This document shows positions 23,643 to 37,096 of a stretch of DNA of 64,000 nucleotides, in pieces. Source of the DNA: Octopus sinensis. Lineage: Eukaryota. The notes under the pieces are model-generated. The model was not told the origin of the DNA. It searched no databases and saw only the letters and a program-made list of their open reading frames with translations. The stretch covers positions 38,068,001-38,132,000 of the forward strand of contig NC_043013.1 in assembly GCF_006345805.1 (NCBI RefSeq). Direction: 5' to 3'. The stretch's first letter is position 1; every line of letters starts with the position of its first letter. A program made the position numbers and the translations under genes.

Positions 23643-25224
23643 GGGTGGAATAATGTTAATTGAGTTGTTCCCAATATGTAATTAATTCGATGCATAACAG
23701 AATCAGTAATGTGTCCCTTTACTTTCTGAGTGCTACTATGGCTTGGCTTAACTTACATTTTCTGTCTTCTATGATCGATGAAATATGCACAGTGAGAGGC
23801 AGGTAGAGCTATAGGAGCGTGGAATGCATTATTGCAAATGGTTTTTGCTTTACAACCATATGGTTCCCGATCCGATTACCATGCACGGCACCTGGGCCGA
23901 ATCTAAGAAGCCTGAATGTTAAGTAACCGAGAAATCAGAATACCGAAAACCCAGAAAATGGGATATCGAAATGTCGAAAAGAAAAACTCCGAATTTTAAT
24001 ATATTTAGTATAAGAAAAACATATCTCAAAGGCGTTTACTTATAGTTATATAGTTCTAAAGTAAAGTTTATTTCAGAAACATATGGCATATTTGATTTTG
24101 CCGTTATTGTTGCTGTTGCTGTTGCAGTTATACCATGTCAGAATAAGAAAAGAAAGCAAGATAAGGTGATCATTTTCACTAAATAAACTAACCAACTAAC
24201 AATATAACTAACTAAAAACTAACTAAATAAATAACTAAATAAATAAATATATGTGAAGTGCAGGGATACTATTTCGAAGTCATAAGAGAAAACTCAAATT
24301 GTTGATTCGAACAAATATTTCCGGTCTTTAATTTCCCTCTTATTTTCCCAGTTCAAACATAGACTTACAGAACGACTGAAAGACCGAAGTCTGTCTAATC
24401 TGTATGACGCAGAGAAAGGACGGCAAAGGGAGATAAGTAAAAAAACAAAAAAAAGTGCTGTCGCAATCTCTCAAAATTTGCTTGCCTGTAGGGAAACCGC
24501 ACTGTTTCTTGCATTCAAAAGATTTTATGCTGAAATCGATTCCGGTGAAGATCAAATGAAGTCAGAACGCAATGTTTTTTTTCCTTTTTAAACAATTTTT
24601 AAGACTGTAGAGAAATGTCTTCTAATGTTTTTTTTCCTGCCGTTTCCATCTAAAATAGTTTAAACTTCTAAGTTTTTATTTTTCGTCATTTTGGCATTCG
24701 GGATTCTGTGTTTTTGATTTCGTTCTCTTTTCTAAATTTCCGGTATTCTAATATTTTCATGATTTGGAATTGGGCCTTCACGTACTTAGAGTCACTATCG
24801 ACACTTTACCGCATTTGCTACTTGAGGAAGTGTTTAAATGTCTTCTACTGACCAGCGCCTTTTCGATAGATGTTCTTCAGCAGAAACGGTATTGAAAACT
24901 GTATGTATGTATATATAATATGTATCGTCATCGTCATTGTCGTCATCGCCGTTGTCGTTGTCCAAGTCATCGACGGCGGCGGTGGCGGCTTTATCTCGTA
25001 TCCGTGAATTTAATTTCTTCATTGCTGAAATCTTCCTTTATGATGATGGCGTTGATGAGTAAGTAGACCAATTCTTGCATAGAAGAGTCAATGGCACTGA
25101 CTGCATGGTAATAATGGTGGAAGATAACCCTTTCTCTCCTGTCGTTTGGTTTTTATGCCTTTTCTTCTCTGCTGGTTTTGAAGTTTTTTGGTTCCGATAG
25201 TAAAGGAACACCGCTAGTTGACAC

Positions 25225-25345
25225 AGTCTCGAGCTTGCGTCTTAAAGCTGACTATGAAACTCCGACTTCGATGGTCAGAACATGTAGCAAGAAGGGAAGA
25301 ATCAAGTCACGCCAAGTCTTATTCAGCGAGTTCAAATTACCGAAA
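25225..25345 (+). mobile_element. RTE-clade LINE fragment
   Basis: KLRLRWSEHVAR..QVLFSEF resembles LRWAGHVxR..PKxLLFGEL of RTE ORFs. Confidence 0.55.
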
Positions 25346-25510
25346 AAAAAGAAAAAACGGGGTTACGCTCTTCGAAGTTACAAGAACCAACACAAAACAA
25401 CATAATATGTATAATATGTATGTATATATTTATATTATAATTAAATTAAAATAAATTTTGAAATACGACATTAGATAAATTAGCTGAAGCTTTCGTTATT
25501 AAAAAAAAAA

Positions 25511-25834
25511 GGCGTTCTTTCGTTTTAACTCAACAAAACCATAACAGGACCTCGGTTGTTTCCGTGACAACTCGATAATTCACTTCGGATATCTTCGTGA
25601 CATCCGAAAATTTACGGATTTTACATACACACATGAAGCAGGTAAGTACAAATATGCAAGGCGTTTTGCTGGCATAATTTCGTTAAATCTATATTCAACA
25701 ACACATAAATACATAGAAACAGAACAAACACACTGTCATAGAGGTCACGAAGATGTCCGAAGTGAGTTGCCGAGTTGACACGGAAACAACCGAGGTCTTG
25801 TTATAGTTTTGTCGAGTTAAAACGAAGGAACTCC
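25511..25834. mobile_element. MITE with about 95-bp TIRs starting GG
   Basis: GGCGTTCTTTCGTTTTAACTCAACAAAACCATAACAGGACCTCGGTTGTTTCCGTG.. is mirrored by ..CACGGAAACAACCGAGGTCTTGTTATAGTTTTGTCGAGTTAAAACGAAGGAACTCC. Confidence 0.8.
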
Positions 25835-26471
25835 AAAAGAAAGATCATAATTGTAATATTAAATATATTATTATCTTTTTATTTTACGATGCATTGTTTG
25901 AATCCGAAAGTGGTAGAACAAAAAAATTAGGAACGTCTGTCTGACAGGGAAAGTGACATGTGGCAGTTTAGTAGAATCGAATCCGTTTTCTCGTCAAATC
26001 TAATGACGATTTCTTTTCCAGCAGATTCTTCAAAACTAAAAAACTTGCCTGCTAGGTCAATGAGTTCATCAAACTTATTCATTTCGACATGGGCCACTCT
26101 TCAGACTGGGTCATTTCATTTCTAAATAGCAGTTCAAAGATGAAAGCAAAACACATGGTCTATATATGTGATGGCATAGCAACAACCACCCCGCATCAAC
26201 CCTACCCCCATATCTTTACTCAGCTTCTGGCTTCTATCGACTAAATATATAAATAAATAGATTAAATATACGTAAAGAAAGAACGAAATGAAATAGATTA
26301 AGTACAAAAACAAGAAATTTAATTAACAAAATAAATATAAACCTACAGTAATTATATACAAGGGTATGTGTGTATGTGTATACATATATAAATGCTGAAA
26401 TATATGTGTGCGTGTAGAGATGTTTATATGTATGTATATGAGTACTAATTAGTATGTACGTACATGTGGGG

Positions 26472-26536
<65 letters not shown>

Positions 26537-26541
26537 ATGTA

Positions 26542-26586
<45 letters not shown>

Positions 26587-26587
26587 C

Positions 26588-26636
<49 letters not shown>

Positions 26637-26663
26637 CGTGTGTGTGTGTATGTGTATGTGTCC

Positions 26664-26694
<31 letters not shown>

Positions 26695-26794
26695 GTGCAT
26701 ACTGTATATGGATATCTGTATACATACGCACTCATACACACACACATAAATAATATGGGTGGTTAATTTTACAACCTAAAGACAGTCACGTCTA

Positions 26795-26863
<69 letters not shown>

Positions 26864-27234
26864 GGAAAGAGAGAGAGAGAGAGGTGCGAGTCTATGTGTG
26901 CGCGCGCGTTCGTGTTATTGTGCGTGTGTATATAAACATCAACACGTGTTCCTGAAAAAATATTTATATGTACAGACACACATTTCGTTGGTTCAAACAT
27001 GACATGTTCCAATTCTTTTCGTTTTCTTTTTTTATTCAAACAAGAGAGTTTCTTTAGTTAAATGTTGTACAGATTCAATGTATCAAGTCACGTCCATCAG
27101 GTTTTCTTTCTTTTTTTTTCTTGTCTTCAACACCTCCGTACAAAGAACCAAGACACACTACTACTACTACTACTACTGATAATAATAATATTAACACAAC
27201 AACAACAACAATAATAATAATAATCCTTTCTACT

Positions 27235-27705
27235 AAAAGGCACAAGGCTTGAAATTTGTGGAGAAAGGAACAGTCGATTACATCGACCTCAGTACTTTAC
27301 TGGTACTTAATTTATCGACCCCGAAACGATGAAAAGCAAAGTCGAACACGACGGAATTTGAACTCAGAACGTGAAGATGGGACGAAGTGCCGCTAAACAT
27401 TTCGCCCGGCGTCTTAACGGTCCTGCCAGGTCAATGATGATGATGATGATAATAACAACAACAACAACAACAGGGCAGCGAGCTGGTAGAATCGTTAGCA
27501 CGCCGGGCGAAGTGCTTAGCATTATTTCGTCTGCTGTTACGTTCCGAGTTCAAATTCCGCCGTGGTCGACTTTGCCTTTCACGTTTTCGGAGTTGATTAA
27601 ATAAGTACCTATTACGCACTGAGGTCGATGTAATCGACTTAATCCCTTTTGTCTCTCCTTGTTTGTCCCCTCTATGTTTAGCCCCCTGCGGGCAATAAAG
27701 AAATT
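27235..27705. mobile_element. Two family C SINEs head-to-head (- 27235-27430, + 27475-27705) separated by a triplet microsatellite
   Basis: Family C consensus on both strands. Confidence 0.8.
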
Positions 27706-27706
27706 A

Positions 27707-27847
<141 letters not shown>

Positions 27848-28492
27848 TTTCTGCATAATTAGGAGCCAACAAAGTTGTCTCTATGTGATCGTTTGATGTG
27901 TTGGAATTTCCCCTCATCTTAGAAAAGACTAGACTGCGTTAAATAATGTACTTCTAGATACCTCCCTCAGCAGCCATGACAGACATAGATGTAATGTTTT
28001 TGATCACATGTCTGTTTGATCAGAGTTGGCCTAGGGCTGAATAATAACAGCAACAACAACGATTACTACTTTGAAGAACTGAACAGACGAGGAGGAAGTC
28101 ATGTGATTAGACGTTATACATTATTTCTTTTTTAAATAGTTACGAGCAGTGTTAGTCCTAAGTTTGGAATTTACAAACTAAATATACTGAGTGACGTAAA
28201 ACAGACAGTTTTCAACGAGTCTTCCTAGAGTCGTAGTACCGCCATATTTGCTGACATACATGTCCGCATGTATCCACGTTTTCACAGACACACACACAAA
28301 CACAGACACAAACATACACACACACACACACACACTCGCACACCTACATACACATATATACGCAAACACATGCGCTAGCGCTACATTAAATGAACAGGTG
28401 TAAACACTATGTAAAATTTCGAGTTTGGTGCATGTAGCTTTGCAATTAGGAAACACAGCGTCCCTCCAATGGTACATGAAGTTTGCAGACCA

Positions 28493-28531
28493 ACTACTAC
28501 TGATACTACTACTACTACTACAACTACTACA

Positions 28532-28617
<86 letters not shown>

Positions 28618-28642
28618 CAACAACAACAACAACAATAACAAC

Positions 28643-28685
<43 letters not shown>

Positions 28686-28698
28686 TAATAATAATAAT
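28493..28698. repeat. Compound (ACT)n/(AAT)n/(AAC)n microsatellite
   Basis: Seen directly. Confidence 0.95.
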
Positions 28699-29255
28699 TA
28701 TGCCCTGGTGCAGTACCAGGCAGTGGCTCTCATGGCTTCTGATCCTAACTGATTGGAAGTGTTATCATGTACGTTGTTTTGTCTTGGTATAAAAGATGGG
28801 CTACAGCAAATATTCTGCTCAATACCACAGATTTGCTTGTCAGTTGTTTGACCTTAACCAGTTGAGCATGTCCCTTAGTGGCTGACGATATGTGCATCTC
28901 TGATCACGAGCAGAAGTAGTGGGGGAGCATCATAGCCATGTGTTGAGAGGGATTCTTTGGGGTTTGAATAATTCACCTCTGGAAACATGGGTGGTTCTTT
29001 CAACATCCTTAAACAACCCTCATTCAGGGACCTTTTGAGCGGGATGGGCTACTCAACCTGAAGAAAATTCTAACTGGGCCCAACCTGCAAGGTCATGTGC
29101 TGTTTATCTTGATATGAGATCACCATGTCGCGCACATATGGTTGTGATGCATGTGCCTGGTGTACCCTTATCAGACGGGTAATCATGATGGGTATACTGG
29201 GCTTCGTATATTTTACCCCAGTGTCACTTTGATGTCATGCACTGCTCTCTCACTC
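28699..29255. mobile_element. 557-bp non-coding insert bounded on both sides by (AAT)n
   Basis: Sharp boundaries with long (AAT)n tracts; higher GC than flanks; family not identified. Confidence 0.45.
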
Positions 29256-29340
<85 letters not shown>

Positions 29341-29776
29341 GTCCTACTATCAGTACTGCTGCTGCTTCGGCCACAATAACGCATGGATAAAATTTTGCCG
29401 GAATTGAATGAAAAAAAAGCTGTGATAGAAAAGAAGACGACTACATGAGATGAGAAAGAAGAATATTGAAAGAAATTAAGGACAATTAGAGACAGAGAGA
29501 TGATGAATGAAAAGATTAAAACTACGCAGCGAAGATTAAAAAGATAAACTGCATCTGTTAGATATTATAGTCTTTGTCTATGCTATTTGGCTGGCATTCA
29601 GATTAGATTGACTTAATCACAGAAATTGCTGTAATAACAGGGTCAACATTTGTCTAAGATTTACTCAAATAGCTGAACGTTACGCTTAGTATAAGAGTCT
29701 ACACTTTGTATTGTTTATTCCTCTCCAATCCCCCTTCTCTTCGCCTATTTCTCTCCTTCTCTCCCCTCATTCTCTT

Positions 29777-29811
<35 letters not shown>

Positions 29812-29884
29812 TGTTAGAAAGGGTTAACAGACGAGATCGAGAGAATATCAATATAGATAACGTATCAATATAGATAACGTATAG

Positions 29885-30345
29885 ATAACGTATAGTGAAT
29901 GCAATTGTCTTCCCAGTAGCAACATATGGATGCGAGACCTGGACACTAAAGAAAGCTGACCAGAAGAGAATTAATGCATTCGAGCTTTGGTGTTGGAGAA
30001 GACTTTTACGGATTCCATGGACAGCGAGGCTCACCAATGGAGAAGTTCTTAAGCAGATCAGGCCGAAAATATCGCTAGAAGCTAGGATTACCAAGCATAG
30101 CTTGACATATTTCGGTCATATTATGCGGAGAAAATCCCTGGAGAAGGACATCATGCTCGGAATGATCAGTGGCAAGAGAAGAAGAGGCTGACCAAGAACC
30201 CGCTGGCTTGAAACCATCAAAAGTGATACCGGAATGGACATAGCCAATCTGAAAGAAGCGGCCCAGGATAGAACTGACTGGAGGACACTGATCCAACGAT
30301 TGACCAAGAGTCGACTTCGACTGAGCGGATAGATAGATAGTAGTG
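29885..30345 (+). mobile_element. RTE/BovB-like LINE 3' end
   Basis: IVFPVATYGCETWTLKKADQKRINAFELWCWRRLLRIPWTAR..YFGHIMRR..GKRRRG*PRTRWLE..AAQDR..WR; (GATA)n-like tail. Confidence 0.92.
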
Positions 30346-30514
30346 CTCAGAAGATAACTCATAGTAGCGCTCCAAAATCTTTACCAAGGACCAAGTCAGC
30401 GGGGTAAAAGATTGACTATGAGGGAAATCCAGGTGAGCAGATATGGAGACAGTGATGCAAGCAGACAGTTAAGACTCTTTGGGTTTGATATACACAATAT
30501 ATATACATGTTCTT

Positions 30515-30935
30515 TATTCTTTACTCTTTTAAATGTTTCAGTCATTTTGACCGCGGCCATGCTGGAGCACCGAAATTTAGTCGAACAAATCGACCCCGGG
30601 ACTTATTTTTTTGTAAGCCTAGTAATTATTCTATTGGTCTCTTATGCCGAACCGCTAAGTTACGGGGACGTAAACACAGCACCATCGGTTGTCAAGTGAT
30701 GTTAGGGGGGGGGACAAACACAGACACACAAACATATACACACACATACATATATACATATATATATACATATATACGACAGGCTTCTTTCAGTTTACGT
30801 CTATCAAATCCACTCACAAGGCTTTGGTCGGCCCGAGGCTATAGTAGAAGACACTTGCCCAAGGGGCCACGCAGTGGGACTGAACACGGACCATGTGGTT
30901 CGTAAGCAAGCTTTTTACCACACAGCCACTCCTGT
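30515..30935 (-). mobile_element. SINE family A, full length
   Basis: Family A consensus, reverse complement. Confidence 0.8.
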
Positions 30936-30995
30936 GTGTATATATATGTACATACATACATACACATATATATATAAATATATATGTAATACATA

Positions 30996-31034
<39 letters not shown>

Positions 31035-31512
31035 TATATATATGCTTATATCCTATGCATATGTATAAGAACGTGTGTGTACGTCAGTATGTATTATGGC
31101 ATCCATTAAAATTTCACAGATAAATGCAAATGAAGTATATTTATATAATAGTTTTCCTCTTGTATTTCTAACGATTCCTATTTCTAGCAATTCTTCCATT
31201 TACCATTAAAACATTGATTTCTCTATTTGCATTTTATGATTTCTTGCCACCCATTTTCGTTTTCTTTTTACTTTTCCATTATCCTTTTAATTAACCACTG
31301 GAAATAAATTGCTCCATAAATATTATGATGACTGACTTCTAAATCTAATCACAGAATTGTACAATGTGTCCACCTATAATATCTGCACTTTTACCCAACT
31401 TTGCTTTTCTTACTCTTCCTAATTCATCTCTGTTTCTCTCACTACTTATAATTGCATACATAATTTTATATGTATATATATTCTATCTTCCGTCTTTCAT
31501 TGCCATATATAT

Positions 31513-31556
<44 letters not shown>

Positions 31557-32227
31557 ATATATACTTGTTCCACATCCTCGCGTTGTTGTGTTTTCTCTTT
31601 GTGTTTTCGTGTTTGGATTAACTTTATATGTATGTATATATACATATATATATATGTATATATATATATGTATGTATATTTATATACATACATGTTTGTC
31701 TATATTTGCATTTCTGTGTATTGTGTTGTGTGCGTATGTGAGCGCACGCTTATCTACATGACATCATGATGCAAGCTTGAAAATTTAATTAACAACAGGA
31801 GCAAAATAACACGATACGATTTCGCATCAGCCATTTCTTCTTATACCTGTATATGACTGTTTTTCTTATAAATATTCCTGACAAATGTACATGCGTACGC
31901 TGAAGACAGCGCATTGGAATAAATCCTTACCACGCATGGCAAAATGTCTAGCAGTATTTTGTCTCTTCAGAGTTCAAGTTCCACCTGGACTAAATTTGCC
32001 TTACATCCTTTCGTGCTAGTTGACAACTAGAATCGATCTAATCGACTTGGCCCTCCCCTGAAATCGATGGCCTTGTGCCAAAATGTGAAACCAATATATA
32101 TGCGTACGGACATATATATACTTATATATATTTATATAATAATATCATTATTATTATTATTATTATTATATTATTATTATTATATTATTATTATTATTAT
32201 TACACATGTACACACACACACACACAC

Positions 32228-32295
<68 letters not shown>

Positions 32296-32880
32296 TATAT
32301 ATGTTATATATACACCCATTAAAACGCCTTTTACTTTCAAAACTAAAATTTGTGTGTCGTTTAGAAGGTCAATGTTTCAGGAAAAAATTATTTTATCAAT
32401 GTAGGGCAACTGCAGAGGATCGTATGTATTATTGCATAGGTTCTTCTGCTATAATTCAGAATTCTGAATTCCATAACCATTCTTCTTCATTTAAGTTTAA
32501 GAGGAAATGTAATCCAACAAGTCTTAATAAATTCTTAATTTCGTAGAAAGGAACATTAACTACGATATAGAGTGGTCCATTATCAGTTACGCTCCCTCGT
32601 GCAATATTGCTAAATTTAAATGTGGTCTTAACCTAGAGTAAATGTATTATAGAATTACATCAAAATTAGAATTATTAAATTGTAGAACTAATCTTATATT
32701 GAAATGCACCCATAAATATAAAAAAAACTTTGAATATTTCAGTAGTAAATTACAGCTTCATTAAAACTAGCAGGAAAATTCTGAAAGCGAAAACTGTGTT
32801 ACGTCTGTATCAAAAGATAGTCTCTCATCTGCTATTCATTGAAAAGTGAAGGAAATTGGAATACGATGATTACTTAATGC

Positions 32881-32939
<59 letters not shown>

Positions 32940-34117
32940 CTTTATTTATATATATATTTATTTATTTATTTATTTATTTTATATAATTTAAGCACAATTT
33001 TGTAGACTTAGTAAACAGAACTGATGAAATAAAATTTCCCTCTTATTTTTCCATTTTTCCATAAACAGAAAAAATTACATTTTAAAATTGACATGCTCAC
33101 AATTTCATATCTAGAAAACGAAAATTTTATGGAAAATAAATTATTTTATATGTAAAATATAGGGGTCACATTTTCACGGTGGTAAAATTTTAATGCAAAA
33201 TGGCATACTCTAAAAACCGCAGCATTGGTAACTTATTAGCCAAGGTGATGGGTCAGCTCCAATACGCATTTCAATTTCTAGGTGACATCAAATACTTAGC
33301 TCAATTATTTAAAAAATTACTTTTCACTATGCACTCACCATTGCTACCTCCACCATCACACCTTCATCTCTTTCTCTGTCTCCCCCTTCTCTCTCTCCTT
33401 GCCTTTCTTTAATCTCATCATCAGAACATCACCCCTCTGCTGAAATTATATTCCTAACTCTGTTATAATCACTACCTCCAACTAACTTTTTAACCACGTA
33501 ATAAATATTACGTACCCCCTATCACATGACATGGACGCTTCCCTCTCCTTTCTCTCTCTTTACTGCCATATCTTCACCTTTCTCTCTATTACCACATCTT
33601 CGCCTTATTCTGTTTTTCACCCTCCCTCTTTTTCTCTAATCACGTGAAAGCTTTACCGACAGGCTAAGTAACGTAATTTACAAGCAGAATTATAAGATTG
33701 CTTCTCCTATAATCTAATAAGCATAATTTTTCTAAATATTAAAGCATACATAAATAACTAGATAATTAAACCTTATGACACTGGATTTCAATGTCTATTT
33801 TTCTCCTTCTTTCGTTATCTACTGACGTCATGATATGTTTAAATATTAAACTGACTTTTCTTAGAATATTATATTTTTAATAAACATTCTTCTTCCACGT
33901 GTTTATGTATTTTAGATATTAATTTCAGTTCATTTTCAATGATTTGATTTACCTTGATATCTTTATGTTACCATAAATGTTCGGACATATTAATTTGACT
34001 GGTATTCTGTACGGCTTTCTATATCTCACTATGTTGGCTGTGTATGTGTGTGTGTATGCATGTATTTATTGTCCAAAATTACAGACGAAGATAGGTGACG
34101 GAACAAGAATAAAAAAG

Positions 34118-34156
34118 TCTTTGACGTTTCGAGGCCTTCGCTCTTCAGCAGAAAGG
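34118..34156 (-). ncRNA. Minimal type I hammerhead-like motif, position-6 core variant
   Basis: Minus: CCTTT-CTGCTGA-A-GAG CGAAGGC CTC-GAAAC GTC-AAAGA. Confidence 0.55.
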
Positions 34157-34257
34157 ATTGAGAGGGAAAAATGGAGAATGAACGAAAAAGACGGAGACAC
34201 ATGTACATACATATATACATGCATACACATATATATACATATATATGTATATATAGA

Positions 34258-34291
<34 letters not shown>

Positions 34292-35144
34292 CAAACATAA
34301 ATATATGTACATATACACATGTGTATATATACATCTCTATATTTACATATATGTACACAAATACAATAATATATATATACACATATATATATATACACAC
34401 ACATGTATATATGTGTATGTATGTGAGTAGTGCGTGTATATGTGTGTATGTGTGTGCATCATTCAGTATTTGACGTTATTAGAAATCAACGTTGATATGG
34501 CAACAGGTTGCAGATGCCTGCATTTACAGATTAAGCGACGTTTTAAAATTGTTCGTTAGAAAGAGAGAGAGGGAGATAGATAGCAAGAGAGAGGGGGAAA
34601 CAGAAAATAGATAGGTAGAGGGAGAGATTGGTGGTGCTAGGAAGAGAGGAGAGAGAGCAGTGCAGGAGGGAAGGGAAGATACGTACAGTCACTAATTAAC
34701 GAACGGATGTTGTCCAAGTCAGGCGTTCACAAGTTTTATTTCAGTAACACATTGATTTTCGTTTTCACCCTCTAACTGCACCAACACCAACACCAACACC
34801 AACACCATCACCTCCCCCACTTCAAACCTCCACCATCTTCTTTCTCTTATTTTTCTCTTTCTTTCATGTGCTGTCATTTTGTCTTCTTTCCTAACCCTCG
34901 CAGCCCTACCCACGCACAAACACATACACATATACTCAATTACATACTCATATACACAATTACGCAAATACAAGCAAATACATACCACATATACGTGTAA
35001 GTAAATATATATAATTTTTGTTTATATGAATATATAGACAATTCATGTGTGTATGTATGCATATACGTACACCTACACGTGTATGTATATGTGTTTGTGA
35101 GTATGTATGTATGTATGAAATGAATGTATGTATATCTATCTATC

Positions 35145-35183
<39 letters not shown>

Positions 35184-35249
35184 AGAGAGACAGACAGACA
35201 GAGAGCAGTGTGCAATTTTATATACACACACACGCACGCACATATAAAG

Positions 35250-35497
35250 GAGTACTCGATCGGTTACGACGACGAGGGTCCCAGCTTATACGATCAACGG
35301 AACAGCTTGCTCGTGAAGTTAACGTGCAAGTGGCTGAGCACTCAACAGGCACATGCACCATTAACGTAGTTCTCATGCAGATTCAGCGAGACACGAAGTG
35401 GGACAAGGCCGGCCCTCTGAAATATAGGTACTACTCATTTTCGCCAGCTGAATGGACTGGAGCAAGGTGAAATAAAGCGTCTTGCCCAAGGACACAA
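35250..35497 (-). mobile_element. SINE family B-like copy (tail and body)
   Basis: Reverse complement of the family B tail (GGTTACGACGACGAGGGTCCC..CTCGTGAAGTTAACGTGCAAGTGGCTGAG). Confidence 0.75.
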
Positions 35498-35636
35498 TGA
35501 TATCTTGAAACTTCACTTATTTTATACATCTCTGAGATTCTCAATTCACATTTTCTTTTCCGCTACATATTTCTTATTTAGCATTTTTCATTCTATTTTT
35601 TCCTTCCTCTTTCTAACATTGCTAAATTTCATATGT

Positions 35637-36016
35637 GGAGGCGCAATGGCCCAGTGGTTAGGGCAGCGGACTCGCGGTCATAGGATCACGGTTTCGATTC
35701 CCAGACCGGGCGTTGTGAGTGTTTATTGAGCGAAAACACCTAAAGCTCCACGAGGCTCCGGCAGGGGATGGTGGTGATCCTTGGTGTACTCTTTCACCAC
35801 AACTTTCTCTCACTCTTATTTCCTGTTTCTGTTGTACCTGTATTTCAAAGGGCCGGCCTTGTCACTCTCTGTGTCACGCTGAATATCCCCGAGAAATACG
35901 TTAAGGGTACACGTGTCTGTGGAGTGCTCAGCCACTTACACGTTAATTTCACGAGCAGGCTGTTCCGTTGATTCGGATCAACCGGAACCCTTGTCGTCGT
36001 AACCGACGGAGTGCTT
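35637..36016 (+). mobile_element. SINE family B, full length
   Basis: tRNA-like head with A box TGGCCCAGTGG and B box GGTTTCGATTCC; tail GTCGTAACCGACGGAGTGC. Confidence 0.88.
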
Positions 36017-36384
36017 CCAAATTTCATATTTGGTTCTTTCCTTCTTATTACCGATTCCTTAATTTCGAACTTTTAAAATTTCTTCTTTCTCTTTTTTTTT
36101 TTTTTGTTACTTATTCATTTGAATCTGTTTATATCAATTATTTACACTATTTCATTCATATTCATTCATCCTTTCCCCCAATCCTAGAATCCCTTGAATT
36201 CATTCAATGACATTCCTCGTTTTCATTCTTGATATTCTTTCTTTTTCCACTCCTTTTTATTTCTTTCATCGTCTATTTTCCATTTGTTTCGGTTTAGACC
36301 GCAGCTATACCCGGGCTTCATTTTGAAGAATTTTTTTTTTCGAATGAATCGACTCCAGTACATATATTTTTATGCCTGGTACTC

Positions 36385-36595
36385 ATTTTGTCGGTCATTT
36401 TGCCGAACCGCTAGCTTACAGCGACGTATACACACCAACACCGGGTTTCATTCAGGTTATGTGTACCAACTTCCCTCGCAAAATTCTGGTTGGCTCGAGG
36501 CTACGGTAGAAGAGACTTACCAAAGTTACCTCGGACTGGGGCTGAATCCAGAACCATGTGGTTGGGAGCCAAGCTTCTTACCACACACCCACGCC
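36385..36595 (-). mobile_element. SINE family A, diverged
   Basis: Diverged family A segments. Confidence 0.6.
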
Positions 36596-37096
36596 TTCAT
36601 TTACTTTCATTGTATGTCATCAACTTTCACTTTCTGTGTTTAAATTCTTCATTTCTATCTCTTCCTCCTACCTTTCCCACTCTCTCGTTCACCTTCATTC
36701 GCCTCATTCAATTCCCCTTTCTTTAAACCTCTCAAAACCTTCTCCATCCTCATTAATTCACTGTATTTACCCTACCTTTCTCTTCATTCCTCTTTCTCTA
36801 CATGTATTTATCTCTAGCTTTATCTCCCTTTCAAACTATCTCTACCTATCTATTTATCTATCTATCTATCTATCTATCTCTGACGGATGTGATGTCGTTT
36901 CAGCTCCGAAGGTAATCATTTATTTTGACCATTTAAAGTGTATATTGACAAACATTTTGTGCTTAAAAGTTGTGCAACAACATCCACTGTAAACCTTTGA
37001 TAAATATCGACACAAAATTTTGCCCCTTGTGGGCAAAATTTAAAAGAAAAAATTCTCATAGCCTTCGTGGTTTCATTTAGCCATTTTATTTCCAAA

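Noticed and set aside
23925-24790. Possible long-TIR element (CGAAA-rich left end, TTTCG-rich right end)
   Set aside because: The two ends do not align well enough by eye to call TIRs.
33015-33060. CTGATGA at 33021
   Set aside because: No stem II or GAAA partner downstream.
35637-35715. tRNA-like sequence as a tRNA gene
   Set aside because: No complete cloverleaf or acceptor stem; continues into a SINE body and is multicopy.
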